Positions 25,832 through 37,418 of a stretch of 64,000 bases of DNA are shown here, piece by piece. The position numbers were made by a program, and so were the translations under genes. The stretch lies in contig JADIIX010000121.1 of the NCBI GenBank assembly GCA_027604505.1, positions 1 to 64,000 on the forward strand, given 5' to 3'. A model generated the notes under the pieces. It saw only the letters and a program-made list of their open reading frames with translations, was not told the origin of the DNA and did not search any database. Positions within the stretch are counted from its first letter, which is position 1, and each line of letters opens with the position of its first letter. The DNA comes from Gonapodya sp. JEL0774. Lineage: Eukaryota.

Positions 25832-26142
25832 CGGGGATAACTTTGACTTGCAAAAAGTCAGTGCAGAAAGCCGGATGACTGACTATACTTATACCAGACC
25901 AATCTCATTTTGGTGAGATCAGATATGTAGTTTGATTTTCAGAATATAATACATGAATTCACGTCTCCTTAGCAATCCAACGCCAGCGCAGGGGCTTCCT
26001 CGGAGTTTTCCTATCGTTGTTTCGACGAATATGTTCTTCTTCCCTCTCTTCCTCCACAGTGGATGCAAATACTTCAATTTTCTAGGTTTTTTTCAATCCT
26101 CGAAATGCTAGGACGATCCCCTGCGCTCCAGGCGGCGGATGA

Positions 26143-26656
26143 TTATGGGGAAGGTGGTGGGGACTCCAGGCTCACGGGCACGAGGGTAACGACCTGTGGG
26201 AGTAAAAAAACAATACGTCAGGTTGTCAACGGTTTGCGTCAAAAAGGAAATGCGATCCTTGGTCGAGTCCTATAAATTACTCTCACGACAATGGACAAAG
26301 GAACCGAAACCGCCCCATCCACCACTTCAACTCAATCTACTTGCCTTGCTGCTGATACTGTGTCTTCTCTGCATAACCGCGTGATGGTCGAGGTTCCTCG
26401 CGAATCGCTCCACATCGGGCTCCAACATTTCATCCCCAGGACGACCCCAGTTTGCCCGGCCAGCGCCATCTTTCTTCATCCTGTTTACGGCACCGTTTCT
26501 GTGTTGATCAATAGCGGGTATGGGTAAGTAAAAGGTGCAATTGGGTGGCTTGGTATGAGGTGTCTCCCATGCCGTAGCAGCTCGATGAAACGATTTTGGA
26601 GCTTCTCACCTGGAGACATGACGGTCAATTTGCGCAGATTTGTACGAACGAGTCAT
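26143..26656 (-). CDS. Small Stf2/Tma10-like protein, about 72-83 aa; not recovered as a complete ORF in the supplied track
   Basis: Exons 26656-26610 and 26498-26345, plus 26193-26143 via a GC-AG intron (otherwise stop at 26327), give MTRSYKSAQIDRHVSRNGAVNRMKKDGAGRANWGRPGDE..., matching the Stf2 motif KKxGxGxxNWGxPGDE. Confidence 0.8.
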
Positions 26657-27375
26657 TTTGAATTTATTTCGGAGCTGAAGGATATCCGTGGGGAGATTGG
26701 CTGCGGTAGGTTCGGCGTTCTTATGGAGAGGGGTCATGTGACCAGCAGGACCCTCAGCTGAGGCCACCCAAGTGGCTAACCGAATTTTCTCGAAAATAGG
26801 CATTGTATCCAGTCCCCGCTCAACACAGTATGCACGGTGGTCATTGATTCTTGACTGGTGAACGATTTTGATCTACGACGGGCGTCATGAAACCAAACAG
26901 GTATGATGGCGAGATTGACTGAATTGCGTTAAAAAATGACGACATTTTTTGCAGACAACGAGCCGATGAATGTGCTTATGCAAAGCGGGCACGCGAGAAT
27001 CAACCATACGAGAAAGAGTGTGTTAGAGTTCGGAATGTGAGGGAAGTGTTTTGAAATTTTCAGTACTACAGAATTTCATGATCAAGAGAACACCACTTCT
27101 GCAGTTCATTGATATAACCACTGAAATTCCGCATGTGCCCCGCAAATGTGTTGGTAAAATTTACATTCTGAAAAGAGAGGGTAAGGAAACAGACTGAACT
27201 CTAATTGCCATTTTGGATGGCTTTGATGATGCCCAGAACGATGAAAAGTTCCTGCCAAACCGTGGGCGTAATAATCCCGTTGTCGCGCGCCTACAAGATG
27301 TTCCTCTCAAGCACAATTAAATGACAGTAGACGATATTCCTCGAGCCGTTCCCGATATCCCGCTATGCTTTCGCT

Positions 27376-29698
27376 TTAAAAGTCCTTGAACTACAAGAAG
27401 TAGGCGCATGGTACGAGTTGATGATACAGGAGGGAAGGGAGGGCAGAGCAAAGGTAAGAATTTTCGATAGATCAATCATAAACGCAACTTCATGAATAAA
27501 CAACCGTGGTGTCTTCGAGGGTTGTAGATACTGCGCGACTGGCTTGTGTTGACACTTCTCGTTCGCAAAGCAACCCACCTTGTCCTTATACGGATCCACT
27601 CCTTGCTTCCCATACTCCTCTCTCTCCTCCGGATACTGGTCGAAATTACTCGTATCTCCTGCATGTTTCACCGCAGGCACGTATACCGGCTTGTATTGCT
27701 TTTGTAACACCATCTCCCACTCTAGATCCGCAAACCACTTGTGGCCCTTGATATCCTTGACTCCCGCTCGCAAATTACCATAGCGCTTAGATAAGTCTCC
27801 TGTCAGCAAGCGCTTGATCAAGTCCTTGGCGTTGGGATCAAAGTGCGCCGGCCACTTCACTTTGCCTGCAAGTATCTTCTCGTACAGCTTGAAATGATCC
27901 TCGTCATAAAACGGTGGATACCCCGCTAACATTTCGAAAATCAGTACGCCAAGAGCATACCAATCCACGGCCTTGCCGTACCCCTTGGCCTGGATGATTT
28001 CAGGTGCGAGATAATCGGGGGTACCACAAAGCGTCCAAGTGACATCGGGTACACGTTTTCCAAAACCGAAATCCGTGATCTTTATGTGACCATCATTTGC
28101 GATGAGAATATTCTGCAAGTGCCGGGGTTGCATGCGTATTGATTTTGAATGATGGAGATTGAAGAAAGGGAAAATCGAAACAATTTGAGCTTCCAAACAA
28201 GCGGCATCGCAAGCGAAACGGCAGTCGTTGTTCTCCATAAGTAACTTTTGAGGACCCTGGTCCATGCTCTTTCCGCCATTGCCACATTCAAAAGAAGGCA
28301 CGCCTTTTGACAAACACTCACCTCAGGTTTAAGATCCCGGTACACAATATCTCTGGCATGAAGGTATTCAAATGCAAGTACCACTTCTGCTGCATAGAGC
28401 TTGGCGACGTGGTTCGGGAAGCGCTGTGCACAGAGACATTTTGGGGTAAGTAGGGTAATACGGTGTCTTTCCCCTCCTCTGCGCTGTCGATATCCAATCC
28501 ATCAGACACACTCACCCCACACCTTCTTAAATGAGAGAATAGCTCCCCGCCGCTAATAAACTCGAGCACAATGTACAGATTCGCCACATCCTGACTTGTC
28601 CCCAACATCCCAACCAGATACGGATGCTGAAGCATTTCTAAAATGCTCCTCTCGTTTACAGTATGCTCGACTTGTTTAAGTTTCACCACCTCGGATTTTT
28701 TGAGCACTTTCATTGCGTAGTAGACGCCTGTGGGTTTATGACGTACGAGGTGAACTCGCCCAAAGGAACCCGTGCCCAAAGTGCGACCAATGTCCAAATC
28801 GGTGAGGCTAAGGTGGGTCGTGGGTCGAGTTGGTTGAGAGAGCATTGTGAATATGTCATCAGGGACAGGAGCGCGATGTAGCCCCTGCGTGCCGTTCGGG
28901 TTCGGTGCCGGAGTGCTGGTAGTGGTGGTGGAAGGAATGACGGATGCCGTGGAAGCCGGCACGGGGATGGTGGACGGGATCAAGGTTGTGGATGCAGGAA
29001 CAGTGGGACGTGCCGTAGATGTTTCAGACGATACTTTCCCTGGAGAGTTTTGTTGGTCAATGGACATTGGTGAGCTGGATACAGGAGTGGTTGGCGAGGC
29101 GGACGAGTTGACGGAAATAGGCAGTTTAGAGTGGGGTTCCTGGGATGGAGCGTGTAGGGCCAGGAAGTTAATGCGCGAGTGTCCGGTAACAGTTAGATTA
29201 AGGGGACACTATCCGGTTTCCAAGACAATTAAGGAATCTTCCTTTACGTTCAAGGTACACCGCCAACAAGCAATGTAGTCCCTCCTGTGATACCCTTACT
29301 ATTCACGGTTGTCTCACTCGCAGACAACCACTCAAATCTGACGTGATCCACTCACTGCATCCACATAATGATATAACATATCACTATGTTTGCTAACTCA
29401 CTTTTGATTCTTTGGTACCTTTGACTGAGACTCCAGAAGGTGACCTGGACAAACTTGACGTCCCCGTCGTGCTGGGCGACTTTTTGATCATATTAGGCTG
29501 TTGCTGCGGTGAAAGGTGCGTCTCATGTCCCGTAGCTGACGGGTGTCCCGTTGTAGACGCAAGAATGTCTGTGGATCCATGGGGCGGCGCTTGGGATGAC
29601 GGGGATTTTGAGAGGGAGGCGGTTGACCCTTGCTTTCCGGACGACGGGTCGGGGGAGCGGGAGCGACCAGAGACAGTGTCCCGAATCTTTTTGATCAT
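27376..29698 (-). CDS. TPK: cAMP-dependent protein kinase catalytic subunit (PKA-C)
   Basis: [35 protein letters not shown] and [14 protein letters not shown]. Terminal micro-exon 27390-27376 encodes the FKDF* hydrophobic motif. Confidence 0.95.
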
Positions 29699-30943
29699 TA
29701 GGGAATCCGTCCGTTGATAACAGTGGTTTGGAAGCGAGCCTGCGTGAGAGCTGAGAGATAGATGTTGCGGATGAGACACCATCAGTGAGCCATAACTGCA
29801 TCTGAGTTTGCTCATATCGCAAGCAGTTCTGGTAGTGCGACATTGTTGTGGCGGGTGCATTGGTGCTTCCGAGCGTTTCAGGTTGCTCTGCTGTCATGGT
29901 GTCCCAGCTCGATGACCTCAAAGCTTCAAGAGACAGAAGCGATCTATACAGCTCGCTTAAATTGTTACTCTCAAATATTGTTAGTGGCCATTGCCTCCGT
30001 CCCGCTTCCCTTTCCCCAATTTGCCGCTCCTGTCATCGCCAATCTGCCAACATCTCCCCACCATTTCCATCCTCCCTGGTGTGCCGCCTGCAAGATTCAG
30101 TCCTGCATCGGGTCTCACCTGCAACTACTTGCTCACAATCAATCCGACTTTCCTCGATTCTGTAAGACGTAAGAATAGATGCGTCAATCCGGGACTTCCT
30201 CCTGTGTGACCAAAGTACAGACACTCATCACACATCAACAAACCAATTTGAATTTGATTCCAAGCTCGGAGGATTCCCGATGAAAAGAAATGCATATTAC
30301 GCGAGCTGGCTCAGGATATTATCTCAAAGGTACACGGTATATTTACGTTCATCCACTGTCAGTTTTGCGGAACCGCAAATTAAGGGAATCCCAAATGTAG
30401 TGCAGGTGTCAAAAAGGAGACGGGAAAAAGATAACAGGCTTTCTCGACACAGCGCTGGAGAACCCGGCCGATCCTATCTATACATGTGAATTTAGGAGGA
30501 AGATGGGGAAGTACGACAGCTGCATGCTCTTCATACGATGGTCTCAAAATGCTCCAATTCTTGACTACATACTAAACCGAAAGAGGGTGAGGGCCCGTTA
30601 TAACTGGTACTGAATTCCAAAGATCCCGTTCATGCTTTTACTATTGCAGTTTTGTTACGCTGTTAAGAGAACTCAGCAATTAGAAGCAGAGCATTGCGTA
30701 CACCATTGGTATCAGCATTCCCCATGAACAAGAATGCTATTCGGGCTTTGCATGAGCGGAGCCATGTGGCGGACGGCAACAGTTCTTGCCGTCTTCATAT
30801 TTGAAACCTGTTCCACCTTGCCCATCATTATGAACCTTGTCAGCCACTTTTGCTGGAACTGTAAATCCCGGATATATTAATACATGTAACTTCGGGCAAC
30901 TCCATCGCGTCCTCTCAAGTGCGCATTCTTTGTCAACCGAACG

Positions 30944-31545
30944 ATGGACAATCGATCTGGGAGACACGGAGATGATGAGTCGCAAGCGGAACTGGACTGC
31001 CGGGTGCCAGTAATGACAATTTGTCTCAACGAATCGCAAAATAGAGGTAGGTTTAATGACTTTTGCGCTCGTCAGTGGTGGGTCCTCATCATCGCCACCG
31101 TTCCTCTCCAGATCGCTTGCACCAACTTACAATAAACACCTCCTCCTGCCTGTTCGATGGGGACAGTAGGTCCCCCTCCACAGTATGGGACTCCCCTCAC
31201 ACCGATTCTGACCGCGACTCGGACGTCGTTTCCAGGTTGTGCGCACAAATAACGGGGCTTCGAGGAGAGGTTACCACGCTCGCGGAAGCCCTTCGCGCAT
31301 CCCAATCGCGCGTTATTGAGTTGCAGGGATTGGTTATCCACCTGCAGAGGTTAGTTGAAAGAGTTGAAACTGGTAATTCAGCACCTGCCAGAGAGACATT
31401 CTTTCAAGCACCCTCCAACATGGACTCTGTAAACTCTACATTCGAAGTGAAGAAGTCAGCTGACCAGAATGACACGATGAGTCTCGTCGGTGAAGCGGAG
31501 TGGACCAGAATGTGGTCCCATTGGCTGTATGCGAGTGGGACTTAG
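30944..31545 (+). CDS. Hypothetical coiled-coil protein (2 exons)
   Basis: Intron 31047-31111 joins two ORFs in frame. Heptad-like LCAQITGLRGEVTTLAEALRASQSRVIELQGLV. Confidence 0.45.
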
Positions 31546-31711
31546 CGGATGTCTGTAGTTTCTGGACTTGCCATTCCTGATGTAATGGGGTACTTTGTTA
31601 GGCCTTAGATTTTCAAGTATTTTATTTCATCCGTGCATTGATTTGGCACATGCCCGAATGGTGCTGGCCCAAAAGTTCCTCGGGAACTCCGGTGATATCC
31701 TCCCACCCAAA

Positions 31712-32627
31712 ATGCAACTCGCCCATCCTTCGTCGACTTTGTCCGCTGCGCTGGAAATCAATATTACCTCGCGGCTTCCTGCTGCACCCTCATCACGTCG
31801 ACGGTTCGCGTCCTGCACTCGGGGAGAAGTGAACCGTCTTTTCGCACCAACTATTCACTCCGCCCGCCTCCCGCTCGTGCGCTCCTTCTTACGTGCCCTT
31901 TCCGGCCCCTCCCTTGCTCGGCGTGAACCTCTGCCATCGCACATGATTCCCCACTTCACGATCACCCACAATCCTTTGGATAAACCGTTCATTGGCAAAA
32001 CAAAGCTGGCAAAGTTAAGACCCATCCCACCACCCACATGTAAGTGTATTTGCTCCTGGGATGTTCATTTTGTTCCGGCATGTGCACCTCCAATGTTGGG
32101 TTCCCTTGAAAGTATCGGTCCCCACTCACGAAACGTTCCTGGAACGTATTGGTCGAGACACTGCACAATATTCTACGAAATTCGACTCTTGGGAATCATT
32201 CTGGTCGGCAACGTCGGAGCAAATGGAGGGCATGGGAATACCACCAAAGTCGCGGAAGTACATTCTGTCGTGGAAAGATAAATTTAGGTGCGTTATCTCA
32301 CCAGTTAGGAGCACATTGCTATGAAATCACGATGCTTCTGCTCCTGGTAATAGATCTTCACTCCCTCTCCGACCCATTCCACTCAACAAAACCCGCACCT
32401 CCTCCCGTGCCAATATACCTCCAAAACTGCCTCGCCCGGTTCGTCTCGCTGAACACCGTGCAACCGTATCACGAGCGCGAAAGGCCCGAAGAGCAAAGAG
32501 GTTAGCGTTTAGAGCTGCCAGAAGTCAGAAGAAGAAGGAGGCGAAGGCGAAGCAAATCGTAGTGGGAAGAAGAAAGCAGTTGCCGATGATTAAGGGACTT
32601 GAGAAGGTGGTGGTGGTGCGAGGCTGA
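31712..32627 (+). CDS. FYV4: Mitochondrial small ribosomal subunit protein mS41/Fyv4 (IGR motif)
   Basis: ETFLERIGRDT...FDSWESFW...MEGMGIPPKSRKYILSWKDKFR, then a basic last exon ending at 32627. Start codon and first intron are tentative. Confidence 0.8.
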
Positions 32628-33295
32628 TATTATTGCGCAACCAAATTAGCACATTTCTTGGAATACATGTGAGTTCCTGAATGAGGTCCAGAATCAGAGC
32701 GTGTTGGTGTGCGAGCGCTCCGCTGCGAACCGACATTTTTCTCAACCACGAATATGAATGTAGACTCCTAAAACTTTACGGTATGCTAACATAATTGAGA
32801 AGGCACATTAACTATTATGCTATTATGTATCTGGCGGGCCTCCCTCTCTGGCGTCACCTGGCGTCCAAGTTTCTCTCTCCCCACTCCATAGATTTGGATT
32901 GCTGGTTGCCAACTCAACTGGGCCGGCTGCCGGCTGGATTGTTTCAGATCCTGTCCCGGACTCACAAATACGTGCTGTAACAACCACATTTATACAACCG
33001 TCTTTGCCTTCGTGTTGAAAAGCCTCACAGGTGGTGGTGCGGTAGTTTTTATGTTTGCTGTCGGCTGTGGGCAGGAGAGTGGCAGGAGCAGGTGTGCACT
33101 AATTACATGATATTACGAGCACAGAGTCAAAAATCGACCAGAAGAGGGTTTTGGTTAAACGAAAGCTTGTACGGGTTTTCGGAAAAGGTATCAATCCAAC
33201 AGAATGTGGTCGCAAAATCCACTTTACCCGCGGAGGGTGAGGCCTCAAAGCCGTTCTAGCCACCCTGACTCTTACTCGTAGTTGCACAAGCGAAG

Positions 33296-36200
33296 ATGCG
33301 CAGAGCTATTGCGGCTCTAGTGCTTATCGCGCTCTCGATCACAGGCGTCCGGGGTCAAGCGCCTGGAGATTGCCCCTCCATTCTTTCTGCTCTCAGAGCT
33401 GGCAACGTAACTCTAACCCCTGCATCTGCAGCAACGGACTGTTGCAACTTTCTTTATCAAAGCGGACTCGACGCTAACGCGGACGACTATTAGTATGTTG
33501 CCTCCGGCTCCTCTGGGACGGGTTTGTTCCAACCCTTTTCTCCACAAATCACAGCGAGAATTTCGTCGACTGTGCAAACGGGAGAGTTACGCGTGTACAG
33601 TTTATTGGCTACAACATTGGTTCTCTGAGGTAAGTTCCGGGCAGATGGGTCCACCAAAATGAGAAAGTAGAGGCAACAGCCACTCCCTTCCGAGGGTCAA
33701 TTTCGTCTGTGAACCAGAAAAAGAGACATCTAGACACTACACAAATGTTTTCTAAAAATGTTTTTTAATCGGTGGGCGGACTTTCGCTGGCGTGGCTGGA
33801 CATCAGCGATCCCTCTCGTCGTTTGTGCATTCAATACTCCGACTTACCGTTCCATCGAATTGCAGTTATTTTCAGAACCTCACTGCTCTAACCCTCCTGT
33901 TCATACGGAACGCCTCCATCTCGGGCCCACTCCCTACATGGCTCCCCACTTTGAGTAGTCTTGCAAGGCTCGATCTCAATGACAACGCGATGACCGGAAC
34001 AACGGACATTTTGGGGGAGCTGAAGAATTTAACCGCATTGTAAGTAGTGAATACTGTCCAGAAGGTTGTTAGTGGACCAGTGCGACCAGTGCAAAAGGAA
34101 GGATGGCATTTAACGAGAACATTTGATCACGGGATCGGACCAGATAAGGAACCCGATCGTTGTTGGTAGGACGATTTCGCCAGGTGGTTTGGAAGTCGGT
34201 TGATGAAGCTGAAAAGTCAGCGAGAAGTCCACCCGTTCACACTCGTCACTATAATTTGGGCCATTATCATTTATTGGTTACACAAGTTCCTTCCTTAATC
34301 GTTTTCTGGTGTCTCCGCCTTTTCTGGAGAGGGGTTCATTCACATTGCTCCTGGTTATACTGAATTTACTACATCTTACCTGCTAGCTCCATCTCGAACA
34401 ATCAGTTTACAGGCACCCCCACTTGGCTTTCGACAGCAACACAGCTCAAGGAAATGTTAGTCTGTCGGTCTTTTCTGGGACCAGTGTGCGATTTTTACAG
34501 TCATCTTGTTTTCGTGTGTTCGGTCACCACTTGACGGCCGCACAGTTACATCGACACGAACCAGTTTGTGTGTGGCTGAATCCTGGATTGTTATCTTTTA
34601 CGTGTTCAGTATTTAACAACCGTGTTCTCAGACTGGCGCGTTCCCGGATATCTCAAGATTGACACAGCTCACTAATCTTGCAGCTGGTGAGAGTGAAGCA
34701 ATTTATGGCTTGCTCTTGAAATGCGGTGAAGTAGAGATCAATATATCTTTTTGGAATCACATCAGGTGCAAATGGTTTCACGGGCTCTCTTCCCGCCACT
34801 TCCAACTTCCCCGGATTGATTGGATAGTGAGTTTGGAGCGTGTTTGAGACAGTGCGCCACCCATGACAAGGATTTGCTGACGGTTTGCAATTGGCGGAAT
34901 TCATTGTTTCGACTTTGTGGCGGTAAAGCTCAATGTACTCGAACAGATTCTCGGGTGAGTGATTCAGCTGGTGCCGTTCCCAGCCTGAACCTCATCCTCA
35001 GATCTGCTTAAGGCACGATTCCAAGCATCTCAACTAACACTCTTCTCATCAGCGTAAGGATCTATGTCCTAGATGTTGAAATCGACCGTCTTGTAGTACG
35101 TGTTATTCTGTGTTGATTCCGGCGTCCGATTCCTCTTTCCCGGAAACAGCTCAATTTGAACAACAATTCCCTTACGGGATCGCTGCCGGACCCAAGAAAT
35201 TGCCCTAAGTTGACGTACTAGTGAGATCATTTCTTGATTGACATTACCTTGTCTTCTTCATCATTCGAACCAAAACCATTGGCAATTTCAGCGGTGCCAT
35301 GTACAACCCAGGAATCACTGGTAGTATTCCCTCCGGCCTCTTCACGCTTCAAAATTTGAGAACTATCGCATTGTCACGGGACTCCCTCAATGGCACCGTA
35401 CCATCGGGTTTGAGTAGTATGACAAATCTGGTTACACTAAGATTGGATCGGAATACTGGTTTGACTGGTACAATGTGCGTTATAAAGTCGGGGAAGAGGT
35501 TTGCAGTCAGCCATTGGAACGCGTTTCGCAAATAATGGCGCAACTTTTGCGAGAAACCGCACTCTTTCACAAACTATTTCCCTCGGTTCCTTCTTTTGCT
35601 ATTTGCACTCCACCCACTGATCGAGTTTGGTTTTTTTTTTCTTTACGAAGACCCGATTTATCGAAATTGACCCTTCTGGACTATCTGTGAGGCAATAATT
35701 TCTTACAAGCTAAAAGCCAAGGCTGAACGTCTGATTTTCACTCCATCAGGGATCTCTCATTCACGGGCCTGAGCGGACCCATACGACTTGCATCGTGAGT
35801 AAATTACAAATCTATCTGAATTCACATTCCCACAACTCACTTAAGTTCAATGTCGCAGAACCAACGTCACTGGTAGCTTTTGCGATCTCTCGAGCACCAG
35901 TCTTTGTTTGCCCGGCGGTACTATCACAGCTATCCCGAATCGTTGTGCGGTCAATGGAGGCAATAACCTTGCTGCCTGCGCAGCAAGTAGCACCACCTCA
36001 ACCACTAAGTCTGCAAGCAGCACAACTTCAGCATCCGTGACTGGGACGAGCGCCGCATCTAGAACAACGACCAGTGCAACAGTGGCGCCGGGCGCCGGGC
36101 AAGGCGATCAGAATAACAGTAATGGTGGAGGTAGCTCAACTGGTGCAATTGTTGGTGGTGTTGTAGGTACGTTTTTCATTGACATAATGGCGTGTTCGAG

Positions 36201-37220
36201 ATCCTTTACACTGTCTCAAGCGCCGCATCTTTTCTTACACTCGCCTATACCCCAGGTGGTATTGCTGGTCTTGGAATCATTGCTGCTCTCGCCTGGTACC
36301 TTGGTCGCCGGCGCGGATCCAAAGACATTACCTCTACACCTTCCTCTTATGTTCCCTATCAACCTGCCCCGACGAACCCACCTTTTCCACCTTCTACTGG
36401 CCAGCCCCAGTACAATCAGCCTCAGTATAATCCAGCGAGTCCTCAAATGGCTCCAATTGGTTACGCCAGCCCTCCGTTCTCTCAGAGTTCAATGTTGTCG
36501 AGTGTGCCAACACAGAATACTGTGCCGACTAGCGCGTCTCTTTATAATGGCCAGTACGGTGCCACCCAACCTCTGTTGGCTCCCCCGGGATCTCTTGGGA
36601 CTGTTGGATCAGCTGGAACGGCCACGTCGTCCAACAGCACCAAAGTGAACGAAGTATATGTCGTCGCACAGCCATTCTTTGCGTCCCAGGAGGACGAAAT
36701 GACTTGCCAACAAGGACAGAAAGTCTTTGTTAGCGATCTCTTCATGGATGACTGGTGTAAGGCTCTGAATCTTGAGACAATGCAATCTGGTGAGATCATA
36801 CTCGAGATCGTTGGACCCGCAGCCAGCTGGATACCTGACCATTTGTCGACACACAATATACGTTTTCAGGAGTGATTCCAATGACAATCCTAGTCCCGGC
36901 CAACCAGCCCTCTCTGGTTCAATCGCGCATGGTCTCCGGGCCTCTCTATCAGCCACAGGCAAGAGGTCAAAGTATGGGTGCTGGCAGCACCATTGTGACC
37001 GGAGATCAAGGTTCGGGTACTTTTTGTGTATTCAGATGGTTGAGCAAGAACGACATCATATGGCTGACGTAATTGGTGCTTTCTCTTGTCAGCACTCACG
37101 TCTCTTAGAACTTATTTCGACCGCGGAATAATAAACTCTCAGCAGTATGCGTCAGGAAGCTCCATCCTGGGCAGGAGCAACGTGTATGGTGATGTACGGG
37201 GACCTGCTGGCCCAGTGTAA
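33296..37220 (+). CDS. Receptor-like protein: signal peptide, plant-type LRRs, Ser/Thr stalk, TM, Pro-rich region, SH3, short tail (17 exons)
   Basis: All exons splice in frame. About 11 LxxLxLxxNxLtGxIP repeats; TM GAIVGGVVGGIAGLGIIAALAWYL-GRRR; SH3-like YVVAQPFFASQEDEMTCQQGQKVFV...DDWCKA...SGVIPMTILVP. Confidence 0.85.
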
Positions 37221-37418
37221 GCAGAGGGAAAGCTGAGCTGAGCTTATAATTATTGGTTGAGAAGGAATTTTCTTTACTATGAAGAATGATAATTGTTTGA
37301 GAGGTAGATTTTAAGCTTATACTAACATAAATGCCTGCTGCTGTGTGTTCAAGAGTGCGCCCGGCCATCCAGCGAGGGGAGGCCATCAGTGAGCTCCAAA
37401 CTGCTTCCTCAACGTGAT

